Positions 26,065-35,110 of a DNA stretch of 60,802 nt are shown here, piece by piece (the stretch's first letter is position 1; each line of letters starts with the position of its first letter). The position numbers and the translations under genes are program-made. The stretch is from a bacterium. GTDB lineage: Bacteria > Patescibacteriota > Minisyncoccia > Portnoybacterales > UBA2143. Location: NCBI GenBank assembly GCA_043818835.1, contig JBDRFK010000011.1, positions 1 through 60,802 on the forward strand. Direction: 5' to 3'. The notes under the pieces were generated by a model. It was given only the letters and a program-made list of their open reading frames with translations, made no database searches and was not told the DNA's origin.

Positions 26065-26958
26065 ATGAAAAAACTTATCATTATTGATGGGAATGCGTTG
26101 GTACATCGCGCTTTTCATGCTTTGCCGCCACTTAAAACAAAAAAGGGAGAATTGGTTAATGCTGTTTATGGCTTTGCTTCAATTTTATTTCGGGTAATTA
26201 AAGATTTGAACCCAGACTATATTGTGGCGACTTTTGATTTGGCTGGACCGACTTTTCGGGATATTGAATACAAGGAATATAAGGCAAAGCGTGTGAAAGG
26301 GCCACAAGAACTTTACGATCAATTTCCGTTGGTCAAAAAGGTTATTAGCGTCTTAGAAATTCCTATTTATGAGAAAAAAGGATTTGAGGCGGATGATTTG
26401 ATTGGTACGATTGTGGCAACAATGCGCGCTAAAAAACCAAATGTTAGAAATATTATTGTCACGGGTGATTTGGATGTTTTACAATTGGTAGATAAAAATA
26501 CCGAAGTTTATACTTTGAAACGTGGAATTAAAGATACGATGGTCTATGATGAGGGAGCGATAATGGAGCGTTATGGATTAAAACCAAATCAAGTTACTAG
26601 TTTTAAGGGATTGAAAGGCGATCCTTCGGATAATATTCTCGGTGTGCCGGGTGTAGGTGAAAAAACAGCTATCAATTTAATTAAAGAATTTGGCAGTTTA
26701 AATAAATTATATGATAAATTAGAAGAAAGTGATTTGAACCCAAAATTAAAGGCGCGTCTTTTGGAATATAAAGAGCAAGCGTTTTTTAGTCAAAAATTAG
26801 CTACGATAAAATGCGATGTAACGATTGGTTTTAAGTTGAGCGATTGTCGTTGGGCAAAATCAGACAAAGTTCAAGAACGAGTTAAAGAAAATATAATTAA
26901 ATTACTTCAAAAAATGAATTTTAAAACATTGGTCACTCGTTTGGAGGATATTTTTTAA
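26065..26958 (+). CDS. Standalone 5'-3' exonuclease (PolI N-terminal/FEN domain)
   Basis: LIIIDGNALVHRAFHALPP...NAVYGF...GDPSDNILGVPGVGEKTA. Confidence 0.9.
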   Translation: MKKLIIIDGNALVHRAFHALPPLKTKKGELVNAVYGFASILFRVIKDLNPDYIVATFDLAGPTFRDIEYKEYKAKRVKGPQELYDQFPLVKKVISVLEIPIYEKKGFEADDLIGTIVATMRAKKPNVRNIIVTGDLDVLQLVDKNTEVYTLKRGIKDTMVYDEGAIMERYGLKPNQVTSFKGLKGDPSDNILGVPGVGEKTAINLIKEFGSLNKLYDKLEESDLNPKLKARLLEYKEQAFFSQKLATIKCDVTIGFKLSDCRWAKSDKVQERVKENIIKLLQKMNFKTLVTRLEDIF

Positions 26959-26992
26959 GATTGTTTTTTGTGCTAAGATTAGTATTGAAATT

Positions 26993-28108
26993 ATGTCTGA
27001 AGAAAAACAAAAAAACATGAATAATAGCAGTATACAAGAAACATCTTGTGGTGAATTAATTATTGAAAAACAGAAAAAAGAAACAATTATTAATAGCTTG
27101 ACGGATGGTGTCTTGATGATTGATGAGAATCAAAAAATCATTTTAATAAATCCGCAAGCTGAGAATTTTCTAAATATTGACGGAGAATATTCGTTAAATA
27201 AAACATTAGACGAAGTTAGTAATTTTTATGGCCCACAGAAATTACATAGCATATTGGGCGATAAAATTGATTGGACCGATAAACATTATGAAATGGTTTT
27301 AGAAGAACCATTGAAGAGAATTTTTAGAGTTCATACTATCCCTGTAAAAGTGAAAGCGCAACAATCTACTGAATTGATGATTATAATAGATAATATTACG
27401 CGGGAAAAAAATATTGAACGAATGAAGACAGAATTTGTGTCGTTGGCGGCTCATCAGTTGCGCACACCTCTTTCGTCAGTAAAATGGACTTTAAAAATGT
27501 TATTGGATGGCGATGTAGGTAAACTGACTAAAGATCAAAAAAGGTTTATAGAAGAAGGATATCAAAGCAATGAACGAATGATTAATTTGGTTGGTGATTT
27601 ATTAAGTGTTGCTGAAATAGAAGAGGGTCGTTTTTTGCGGAATATGACCTTTCAATCCATGGATAAAATTATTGAAGAATCTTTAGTGGCTCTATACAAA
27701 GTCGCTAAAAAGAATAAAGTTAAATTGATTTTTAATCATCCAAAAGCATCTTTGCCAAGTGTTAAGGTGGATGCAGAAAAGATTGAATTGGTAATACGCA
27801 ATATTATTGATAATGCGATTCGCTATAATTCCAAAAATGGTAATGTGACAATCTCTATTAAACATGATAAAATTAACTTGGAAATTACAATCAGTGATAC
27901 TGGTATAGGTATTCCAAAAGATCAGCGAGGCAGACTTTTTAATAAATTTTTTAGGGCGAGTAACGCGGTTAAGTCAGATACAACAGGAACAGGATTGGGA
28001 CTTTTTATTTGTAAAAATATTATTAAAGCACATGGTGGCGATATTCTTTTTGAATCAGAAGAAGGTAGAGGTTCTACATTTAAAATCATATTGCCTATTG
28101 CTAAATAA
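26993..28108 (+). CDS. Cytoplasmic PAS-domain sensor histidine kinase
   Basis: H-box SLAAHQLRTPLSS, N-box DNAIRYN, G-boxes DTGIGIP and GTGLGL. No TM segment. Confidence 0.9.
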   Translation: MSEEKQKNMNNSSIQETSCGELIIEKQKKETIINSLTDGVLMIDENQKIILINPQAENFLNIDGEYSLNKTLDEVSNFYGPQKLHSILGDKIDWTDKHYEMVLEEPLKRIFRVHTIPVKVKAQQSTELMIIIDNITREKNIERMKTEFVSLAAHQLRTPLSSVKWTLKMLLDGDVGKLTKDQKRFIEEGYQSNERMINLVGDLLSVAEIEEGRFLRNMTFQSMDKIIEESLVALYKVAKKNKVKLIFNHPKASLPSVKVDAEKIELVIRNIIDNAIRYNSKNGNVTISIKHDKINLEITISDTGIGIPKDQRGRLFNKFFRASNAVKSDTTGTGLGLFICKNIIKAHGGDILFESEEGRGSTFKIILPIAK

Positions 28109-28111
28109 CAC

Positions 28112-28288
28112 TGAGATGGTTACAAAACTATTTTTACCGTAATTTGTCTTTTTTGCCAGATGCTTCGTCAAGCTGCGCAAAATGACTTTTACCGTAATTA
28201 TATTACGCTAAAAATCATTTTACTTGCTTTCCTCGTCTCTGACAAAAAGTTCTAAATTCCGCTTAAAAATAGTTTTGTAACCATCTCA
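28112..28288. repeat. 177-nt element with 25-nt perfect terminal inverted repeats between the kinase and regulator genes
   Basis: tgagatggttacaaaactattttta (28112-36) is the exact reverse complement of 28264-88. Confidence 0.85.
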
Positions 28289-28298
28289 ATTAAAAAAT

Positions 28299-28712
28299 AT
28301 GGAAAACGAACAAAACACAAATCAACCAACAGAGCAAGGTTCTAAACTTGCTAAGGTTCTTGTAGTTGAAGATGATAAATTTCTTCGCGATCTTTTAGTA
28401 CGTAAATTAAAAGAGGAAAATTTTGAAATAGAAACTGCTATTGATGGTGTTGAAGCTATTAAGAAAGCTGACGAGTGGATGCCAAATTTAATTTTATTAG
28501 ATTTGATTATTCCTGGATTGGATGGATTTGAAGTATTAAAGCAATTGAAAGAGAATCCAAATACAAACAAAATACCAACAGTAATTTTGAGTAATTTAGG
28601 ACAACAGGAAGAAATTCAGAAAGGTATGGGTTTGGGCGCTTCTGATTATTTAGTTAAAGCTCATTTAACTCCGGGAGAAATTATAGATAAAGTTAAGGGA
28701 CTCTTAGAATAA
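28299..28712 (+). CDS. Single-domain (CheY-like) response regulator
   Basis: VLVVEDD...LLDLIIPGLDG...YLVKA. No output domain. Confidence 0.9.
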   Translation: MENEQNTNQPTEQGSKLAKVLVVEDDKFLRDLLVRKLKEENFEIETAIDGVEAIKKADEWMPNLILLDLIIPGLDGFEVLKQLKENPNTNKIPTVILSNLGQQEEIQKGMGLGASDYLVKAHLTPGEIIDKVKGLLE

Positions 28713-28725
28713 AACTTAAATTAAG

Positions 28726-29790
28726 ATGAAGAATATTCGTAAAAAACATATAAGTTGTTTTATTATTTGTGTTTTAGCCGTAGGGCTAATTTTTATTTTA
28801 TGCTATAGAAACAACATAGAGATAGATAATCAGCAGAAGATGGAAGAAAATAAAGACGAATTGTTAGGCGAAGCAAGTCCTCTCAGCGGTATGATTTGTA
28901 AAAACTATAATCGGCGTCCAATTGCTGTGGTTTTGGCAGAAGATCCTATTACGCGTCCTTTATCTGGTCTTTCGGATGCTGATTTGGTTTTCGAAATACC
29001 TGTTATTACAGGAAGTATTACAAGAATGATTGCGGTATATGTTTGTAATGATTCACCGGAAATTGGCTCGTTACGTAGCGCTCGCCATGACTTTATATCA
29101 CTTACAATGGGCTTGGATGCGATTTTAGCTCATTGGGGTGGATCGCATTTCGCGCTTGATCAATTAGATGCTGGTGTGATGGATAATCTTGATGCTATGG
29201 CTAATCCGTATAATGCTTTTTATCGTAAACAAGGCATTCCTCAGCCTCATGATGGTTTTACTTCTATAGAAAGTTTATTAAACAGTGCTGAGAAATTGGG
29301 TTATCGTCTGGAAAATAATTTTGAAGGTTATCCACATCAAGAAAGTCCAAAATCCAAAGCTCAAATATCAAATCAAATCCAAAATCCAAATAACAAAAAT
29401 AATAAGACGCTAAGAATCGGTTATTCTTATCCTTATAATGTGGAGTATAGGTATAATTTTGAAACCAATTCATATTTAAGATGGCGAGCGGGCAAGGCTG
29501 AAATTGACAAAAATAATAATAAGCAAATTGAAGTGAAAGTAGTTGTAATTATGCGCGCTTTTTCGCGACAAATTGAAGGACCGTATTATAATGATTTAGA
29601 CATTGATGGCTCGGGAGATTGCCAGATTTATCAAAACGGGGAAGTGATAGATTGTATTTGGGAAAAGAGTAAAAATAATTTGAATAGCAAATTGTTTTTC
29701 TTGGATGAAAATGGCAGAGAAATATTTTTCACTCCGGGACAGATTTGGATTGAGATAGTTGAACTAGATAAAAAAGTAAGTTGGCAATAA
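28726..29790 (+). CDS. DUF3048-like membrane-anchored protein
   Basis: SPLSG...RRPIAVVLAEDPITRPLSGLSDADLVFEIPV..GSITRMIAVY. Confidence 0.7.
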   Translation: MKNIRKKHISCFIICVLAVGLIFILCYRNNIEIDNQQKMEENKDELLGEASPLSGMICKNYNRRPIAVVLAEDPITRPLSGLSDADLVFEIPVITGSITRMIAVYVCNDSPEIGSLRSARHDFISLTMGLDAILAHWGGSHFALDQLDAGVMDNLDAMANPYNAFYRKQGIPQPHDGFTSIESLLNSAEKLGYRLENNFEGYPHQESPKSKAQISNQIQNPNNKNNKTLRIGYSYPYNVEYRYNFETNSYLRWRAGKAEIDKNNNKQIEVKVVVIMRAFSRQIEGPYYNDLDIDGSGDCQIYQNGEVIDCIWEKSKNNLNSKLFFLDENGREIFFTPGQIWIEIVELDKKVSWQ

Positions 29791-29875
29791 ACCCCATACC
29801 ACACGCTTGCGTGTGTTTTCTGGGGTATACAATTAATTATTGTACTTGCGTGTGGGGCGTGTAGTACTGGGTAAA

Positions 29876-30802
29876 ATGATTATTCTTATTTATGGCGAAG
29901 ACAACTATCGTCTAAAACAAAAATTAAATGATTTAATAGGCGCCTACAAGACCAAAAATAAAAGTGGTATGGATTTAGCTTGTTTTGAAGATGGTTTTGA
30001 TGTAGATGAATTGAGGAATCGGGTAGAATCAATTTCTATGTTTGGTGAAAAAAAATTGATAATTTTAAAAAATATTTTTAAAAAAGATTTTGAAGATGAT
30101 TTTTTCAAATACGCTAAAAAGAAAAAATTAAAAAACAATCAAGATGTGATTGTAATTTTATATCAAGAGGGGAAATTGGCAGTGTCTGGTATTAAAAGAA
30201 AAATAAATATGTTAGAAGAATTTAAACCACTAACTGGTAATAATTTATCGGGTTGGATTGAGCGCGAAGTTAAAAATCGTGGTGGGAAAATTAGTTGTGG
30301 CGCAACACAGCGATTAGCATTTTTTGTAGGTGCGGATTTGTGGCGTATGAATGGAGAATTAAATAAATTGATAAGCTACAAAGGCGATGCTGAAATTACT
30401 GGGAAGGACATAGATTTAATGATTGGATCAAAGATAGAAAACAATATTTTCAAAACTTTGGATGCATTATCTTGTCGCGATAAAAAAACAGCCTTTAGAT
30501 TGTTGCACGAACATATCAATCAAGGCGAAAATGAAATCTATTTATTAACAATGTTTATTTATCAATTACGTAATTTAATTAGAATTAAAAGTTTGTTGGA
30601 TACTGGTGTGGCGGGTTATGCTCTCAATCAAAAAAGCGGGCTCCATCCTTTTGTAGTTCAAAAAAGTGTTTGGGTTTTGCGCAATTTTTCTTTAGATCAA
30701 TTAAAGAAAATTTATCGTGACTTATTGGATGTTGATATAAAATTAAAGTCGGGCCGCATAGACGCCCCGACTGCTTTTGATTTGTTGATTGCTACTGTTT
30801 AA
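29876..30802 (+). CDS. holA: DNA polymerase III delta subunit
   Basis: MIILIYGEDNYRL start and length/helical pattern typical of HolA. Weak motif support. Confidence 0.7.
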   Translation: MIILIYGEDNYRLKQKLNDLIGAYKTKNKSGMDLACFEDGFDVDELRNRVESISMFGEKKLIILKNIFKKDFEDDFFKYAKKKKLKNNQDVIVILYQEGKLAVSGIKRKINMLEEFKPLTGNNLSGWIEREVKNRGGKISCGATQRLAFFVGADLWRMNGELNKLISYKGDAEITGKDIDLMIGSKIENNIFKTLDALSCRDKKTAFRLLHEHINQGENEIYLLTMFIYQLRNLIRIKSLLDTGVAGYALNQKSGLHPFVVQKSVWVLRNFSLDQLKKIYRDLLDVDIKLKSGRIDAPTAFDLLIATV

Positions 30803-31031
30803 TTTTTTGTTTATTTTTAAGTCTATTTTCTATCCTAATAATTTTTTGGTCTGTTGAATTAGAAAATTTAATAGCCTCTTTGATAATATCAGCCATATTT
30901 TTGCTGTTATTTTTACCTGTTTTTCTTATTTCTTCTAATTTATTTTGTAAATCTTCACCCAATTCTCCTTTGATCCCCAAAAGAAGAAAATTGGCTAATG
31001 TTGTATTGAGCCACTCTTCACTTACCATCAT
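30792..31031 (-). CDS. Hypothetical protein (79 aa)
   Basis: ORF directly downstream of rplT. No motifs. Confidence 0.35.
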   Translation of the reverse strand: MMVSEEWLNTTLANFLLLGIKGELGEDLQNKLEEIRKTGKNNSKNMADIIKEAIKFSNSTDQKIIRIENRLKNKQKIKQ

Positions 31032-31073
31032 ATCTACCTTTTTTCTCTTTCTCTTCTTAATTTTGATGTTAAA

Positions 31074-31418
31074 TTACTTTACCTTATCAACAATTTTCTT
31101 GAAAACTTCTGGTTTATGTTCAGCCAAATTGGCTAATATTTTTCGGTCTAATTCAATATTAGCTTTTTTTAGCGCATTAATAAATCGGCTATAAGTTATG
31201 CCGTTTTCTCTGGCGCCAGCATTGATTTTAATTTGCCAGAGACGACGAAAATCTCGCTTTCGTACTTTTCGGTCGCGATAGGCATAACACAAAGCATGAC
31301 GCAAAGCGTCTTTTGCTAATTTGTATTTACTCTTTCTTCCCCATTTATATCCCTTAGTTTGTTTTAGGACGTTTTTTCTGCGCTTGTGCGCCATTGTCCC
31401 TCTTTTTACTCTTGTCAT
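31074..31418 (-). CDS. rplT: 50S ribosomal protein L20
   Basis: MTRVKRGTMAHKRRKNVLKQTKGY. Confidence 0.95.
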   Translation of the reverse strand: MTRVKRGTMAHKRRKNVLKQTKGYKWGRKSKYKLAKDALRHALCYAYRDRKVRKRDFRRLWQIKINAGARENGITYSRFINALKKANIELDRKILANLAEHKPEVFKKIVDKVK

Positions 31419-31427
31419 AAATTTAAT

Positions 31428-31625
31428 TTAAATATTGTAAGGCAGTTGTTTTCTTACCGCTTCAGCATGTTTGGCTGGTAACAATGAATCTTTTCTTTTG
31501 TTTCGGGTATCATTTCCAGAATTTTTAGCATTAAAGTGACCCTGATTGGTAGAGCGTTTCAAAATTTTTTTTCTACCAGTAATCTTAATTCGCTTAAGCG
31601 TTGCTTTATTTGTTTTTAATTTCAT
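31428..31625 (-). CDS. rpmI: 50S ribosomal protein L35
   Basis: MKLKTNKATLKRIKITGRKKILKR. Confidence 0.9.
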   Translation of the reverse strand: MKLKTNKATLKRIKITGRKKILKRSTNQGHFNAKNSGNDTRNKRKDSLLPAKHAEAVRKQLPYNI

Positions 31626-31690
31626 ATTATTTAACAATTACGAATGAATGAACAATATCATACTTAATTCTAAAAATCAAGTTTTTTCTT

Positions 31691-31787
31691 GTCATTCTGA
31701 ACGGAGTGAAGCGGAGTGAAGAATCTCGTGGATAAACAGCGAACGCGATACCTCTACGAGATTCTTCGGCTATCGCCTCAGAATGAC
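31691..31787. repeat. 97-nt palindromic element (gtcattctga...tcagaatgac) in the infC-rpmI spacer
   Basis: The terminal arms are complementary, and inner gaagaatctcgt/acgagattcttc arms also pair. Confidence 0.85.
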
Positions 31788-31809
31788 TTAAAAACGTGAT
31801 GGTCTTTAT

Positions 31810-32361
31810 TTATTCATTGCTTTCTTCATTGGAAATGATTGTGGTTAATCCTCTCGGTTGTCGTTTAATCTCTTGGTCTATTTTTATCGGTATCGAAATA
31901 ATTTTAAGGAAATCATCTAATTTTTCTTTAGCCACGTCTATTAACGCCTTTTCTCGTCCGCGGAGCATTACGTCAATTTTAACCTTATGCCCCTGTTTAA
32001 GAAATTTTTCAACCTGTTTAACTTTTGTTTCAATATCATGCTTGCCAGTTTTCATGCCGATTCTAATACCTTTTATCTCTGTTTTCTTTTGATGAGCCCT
32101 CTTTTGCTTGTCTTGCTTTGCTTGTTGATATTGATATTTACCATAACTCATTATACGGCAAACAGGTGGTTTGGCGGTTGGAGCAATTTCAATCAAATCC
32201 AGACCTTTTTCGTAAGCCATTCGTAATGCTTTTGGCGTTTCAACAACACCTAAATTATCGCCATTTTCATCAATTAATCTTATTGGACTTGTACGGATGT
32301 TATTATTTCTCCGTGGCCCTCTATCATATGTTCTTTTTTGGAATTTTGGTCTTCTTCTAAT
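31810..32361 (-). CDS. infC: Translation initiation factor IF-3, probable AUU (or AUA) start
   Basis: The conserved N-domain IRLIDENGDNLGVVETPKALRMAYEKGLDLIEI lies upstream of the first ATG. The frame is open back to ATT at 32361 with no ATG/GTG/TTG. Confidence 0.8.
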   Translation of the reverse strand: MRRRPKFQKRTYDRGPRRNNNIRTSPIRLIDENGDNLGVVETPKALRMAYEKGLDLIEIAPTAKPPVCRIMSYGKYQYQQAKQDKQKRAHQKKTEIKGIRIGMKTGKHDIETKVKQVEKFLKQGHKVKIDVMLRGREKALIDVAKEKLDDFLKIISIPIKIDQEIKRQPRGLTTIISNEESNE

Positions 32362-32411
32362 TATATGTTTATTTGTTATGTTTAATTTATATTAGATATT
32401 TTGTGTATCTG

Positions 32412-32473
32412 TTTCGCGGGTTCTCATCCCGCTCGTTTTTATTATATTTTTGGTGGAGACGGCGGGAATCGAA
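32412..32473 (-). repeat. Duplicate of the tmRNA 3' end (23 nt) plus 39 nt of its downstream flank
   Basis: 62 nt identical to 32566-32627. Confidence 0.85.
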
Positions 32474-32604
32474 AGGATAAATCCTATATTGGTTCATCAA
32501 TGATGCATTGTTTGCCATCTAATACTATTTTAACATGTAAATATAATATATTTATTTCTCTGCAATTTCGCGGGTTCTCATCCCGCTCGTTTTTATTATA
32601 TTTT

Positions 32605-33008
32605 TGGTGGAGACGGCGGGAATCGAACCCGCGTGTAGCAAATCTTTTTTCAAAACTGTTCTACAAGCTTAGCTTAGTTTTTTTCGCTGCCAAGCGAAAT
32701 GAACTAATAACTATAAACCAAGCGAAACATTATTAGCTCTGCCTCAAATTTTTCAATAATTTATTAGAGGCGAATAAATTATCTATTCTGATAAAATAAC
32801 ACCCTTGCTTCCTATCAGACATCAGAAGGTTGGATGGCTATTGCGATTAGGCGATAGCGTAAGCAAGATTAGGAGCGGTTAGCGAAGCTAAGGCGCTCTT
32901 TACTCTTGTAAATAAGTTGGCACTTATGTATTTTGTTATTTTTTAACGAAGATTAACGCTTCGGCTTGCTAAGTTTGAAAAGGACTACTATCGAGGCCAA
33001 TCATCCCC
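32605..33008 (-). ncRNA. ssrA: tmRNA (SsrA)
   Basis: 5' ggggatgattgg pairs with 3' ...ccgtctccacca including G3-U70. T-arm gcgggttcgattcccgc. Tag ORF gcc aac ... gct atc gcc taa = ANLFTRVKSALASLTAPNLAYAIA. Adjacent to smpB. Confidence 0.88.
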
Positions 33009-33028
33009 ATGTTTATTATTCTGATTAC

Positions 33029-33484
33029 TTAATAATTTTTAAGCGTTCGGGCAATATCTCTTTCTGTTTCTCTCTTTTTAATAGTTTCTCTTTTATCTAT
33101 TTTTTTCTTTCCTTTACCTAACCCGATCTCAATTTTTATTTTACCCTTCTTAGTATAAACCCGAATCGGTACCAAAGTCAAGCCTTTTTGCTGTGTTTTT
33201 CCGATTAACTCTTTAATCTCGGATTTATTCAAAAGTAGTTTTCTAGTACGATCTGACTGATATTCGGCCGGCACATTTTTTGGTTGATAGGGCGGAATAT
33301 TAGCGTTTATTAAAAGCGCTTCTCCTTTGCTTATGATTACATAAGCGCTTTTAATACTTATTTTCCCAGTTTTAACTGATTTGACCTCGTGGCCAACCAA
33401 AACTATACCTGCTTCGTAGGTCTCAATAATTTCATAATCAAATTTTGCGCGCGGATTAACCGCTAATGTAGGCATAATAAACAT
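33029..33484 (-). CDS. smpB: SsrA-binding protein SmpB
   Basis: NPRAKFDYEIIETYEAGIVLVGHEVKS. Confidence 0.92.
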   Translation of the reverse strand: MFIMPTLAVNPRAKFDYEIIETYEAGIVLVGHEVKSVKTGKISIKSAYVIISKGEALLINANIPPYQPKNVPAEYQSDRTRKLLLNKSEIKELIGKTQQKGLTLVPIRVYTKKGKIKIEIGLGKGKKKIDKRETIKKRETERDIARTLKNY

Positions 33485-33530
33485 TGTTATTCCCGTGCCG
33501 TGTTCGTCCTCTGACGGGAAAACGGGAATT
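33485..33530. repeat. Palindromic element (gttattcccgt...acgggaattc)
   Basis: Arms attcccgt/acgggaat. Abuts the smpB start. Confidence 0.75.
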
Positions 33531-33585
33531 CAGTTAAAATATTTATACAATTCTATTATATGTTATCTAGTCTTAAGGAGCAATA

Positions 33586-33608
33586 AACCCCGATGTTTGT
33601 CGGGGTTT
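33586..33608 (-). terminator. Hairpin terminator of the 33628 gene
   Basis: aaaccccga/tcggggttt, T-rich on the minus strand. Confidence 0.65.
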
Positions 33609-33627
33609 TATATCCTTTGATATTTTG

Positions 33628-34893
33628 TTAATTTGCAGAAAATTTCTCCAAAAGAATATTTCTGCAATTTCTTTTTACGTATTCAATTGCCTCCTTTTCT
33701 TTCTTAAAATCACCAAATTGAGCAAGAGGAGCGGCAAAACCATGCTTAACAACATAAACGATTGGCTCGTTTTTAATCCATTCGTTTTGTTCTTGAATTG
33801 CATCAACAACTTGTCCTGATAATTCTTTCTTGGAAAAATCAATTGCCGCAGCATCAGCGGCGATACATGGCTTCCAATCGTGCTCAACCAATCTTTTCAA
33901 TATCTGCGCAAATTTTTCAGGAGGATTTGGGAATGATATTCTAATTTTGCTATCAGTAACAATGCTATCGCATTTATTTGGCCACATATTTTTAATCAAT
34001 AAGGATTTAGGCGTTATTTTAATTAATGGGCTAATCACTGCTTTAATTTCCATCAATCTTAATATTACATAGCTGACAAAAAAACAAATAACAAGCGATA
34101 ATATCCATTCTGCGCCAAAAACCCAAATTCTTTTAAACTGGCTTATGTTGGCTAACTTAGGATTTAACGCGTTAAAAATTATCGACGCGCTTATTGTTAG
34201 TAATGTCGCAATAATAGTTCTAACAAGATATTTTTTTTGAGAATATGCCAACATTGCCATTAGCCCGAGTGTTAGGGGAAGTAATACCATAATACAAGAG
34301 GCATTGAAAATAAAATTGGGGCGAAATAGACAATAACATAACCCAACAATGATAGGGTATAGAATAATTGGAGCTAATAAGGCAAAATATAGTTTTTCAA
34401 AAGATTCCCAGCTAAACTTAACCTTCCCATTCTCAAAATATTCAAATCTAAATAATCCAAAATTTTCGCAAACTTTTGCCCATAAATTGCGAGGCAAAAC
34501 AGCGATTGGACTAATGCCGATGGCGGATAATTCAGAAATAAGTTTAACTCTGTCGTTTTGTTGTTCTCGCGATTGCATACGATCTTTTATAGCTTTTACT
34601 TCTTGATCTTTTAGTAGGGCTAATTCTTTCTCTGCTGTTTTTACTTTTTCAACTTCGGTTTTATCAAAGCCCATATTTTTATCAACAATTTGTTTGCTTA
34701 CTAAAAATCCATTTATATATTCTTTTTCTTCTTCGGGTTTAATGATTGGTACTGGCGACATTTTTTCAAGCTCTGCTTCTTTTTCGTTTATTTTTTGTTT
34801 TAAGTTATCTATCTCTTGCGATATTTTCTCTGTAATTTTCTGGTCTTCTTTTTTGGTAATGTTGTCTATTTCTTTAATCCATTGATGACTCAC
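33628..34893 (-). CDS. Hypothetical membrane protein (coiled-coil N-terminus, about 5 TM helices, soluble C-domain)
   Basis: GTG start with aaggagga 7 nt upstream. No family recognised. Confidence 0.65.
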   Translation of the reverse strand: MSHQWIKEIDNITKKEDQKITEKISQEIDNLKQKINEKEAELEKMSPVPIIKPEEEKEYINGFLVSKQIVDKNMGFDKTEVEKVKTAEKELALLKDQEVKAIKDRMQSREQQNDRVKLISELSAIGISPIAVLPRNLWAKVCENFGLFRFEYFENGKVKFSWESFEKLYFALLAPIILYPIIVGLCYCLFRPNFIFNASCIMVLLPLTLGLMAMLAYSQKKYLVRTIIATLLTISASIIFNALNPKLANISQFKRIWVFGAEWILSLVICFFVSYVILRLMEIKAVISPLIKITPKSLLIKNMWPNKCDSIVTDSKIRISFPNPPEKFAQILKRLVEHDWKPCIAADAAAIDFSKKELSGQVVDAIQEQNEWIKNEPIVYVVKHGFAAPLAQFGDFKKEKEAIEYVKRNCRNILLEKFSAN

Positions 34894-35028
34894 GATAAGT
34901 CCTCCTTATATTGATAATTGATTAATATTCAAATGTTAAGATACTTTCTTACTTAAATAGTACGCCAATAATCCAATTTGTCAAGATTGAGTATTGGCGT
35001 GATATAGGGTATGATAAAGACACTTAAT

Positions 35029-35110
35029 GTCATTTCGAACGATAGTGAGAAATCTCATCAATGTGGCTTAGGTAAGGTATGAGATTTCTCACCTGCGGCT
35101 CAAAATGACA
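35029..35110. repeat. Palindromic element (gtcatttcg...gtgagaaatctcat/atgagatttctcac...aaaatgaca)
   Basis: 14-bp inner arms. The right terminus contains the first ATG of the argS ORF. Confidence 0.85.

Noticed and set aside
32401-32736. 111-aa plus-strand ORF
   Set aside because: It covers the duplicated tmRNA 3' end and part of ssrA itself, and the RNA gene explains the region.
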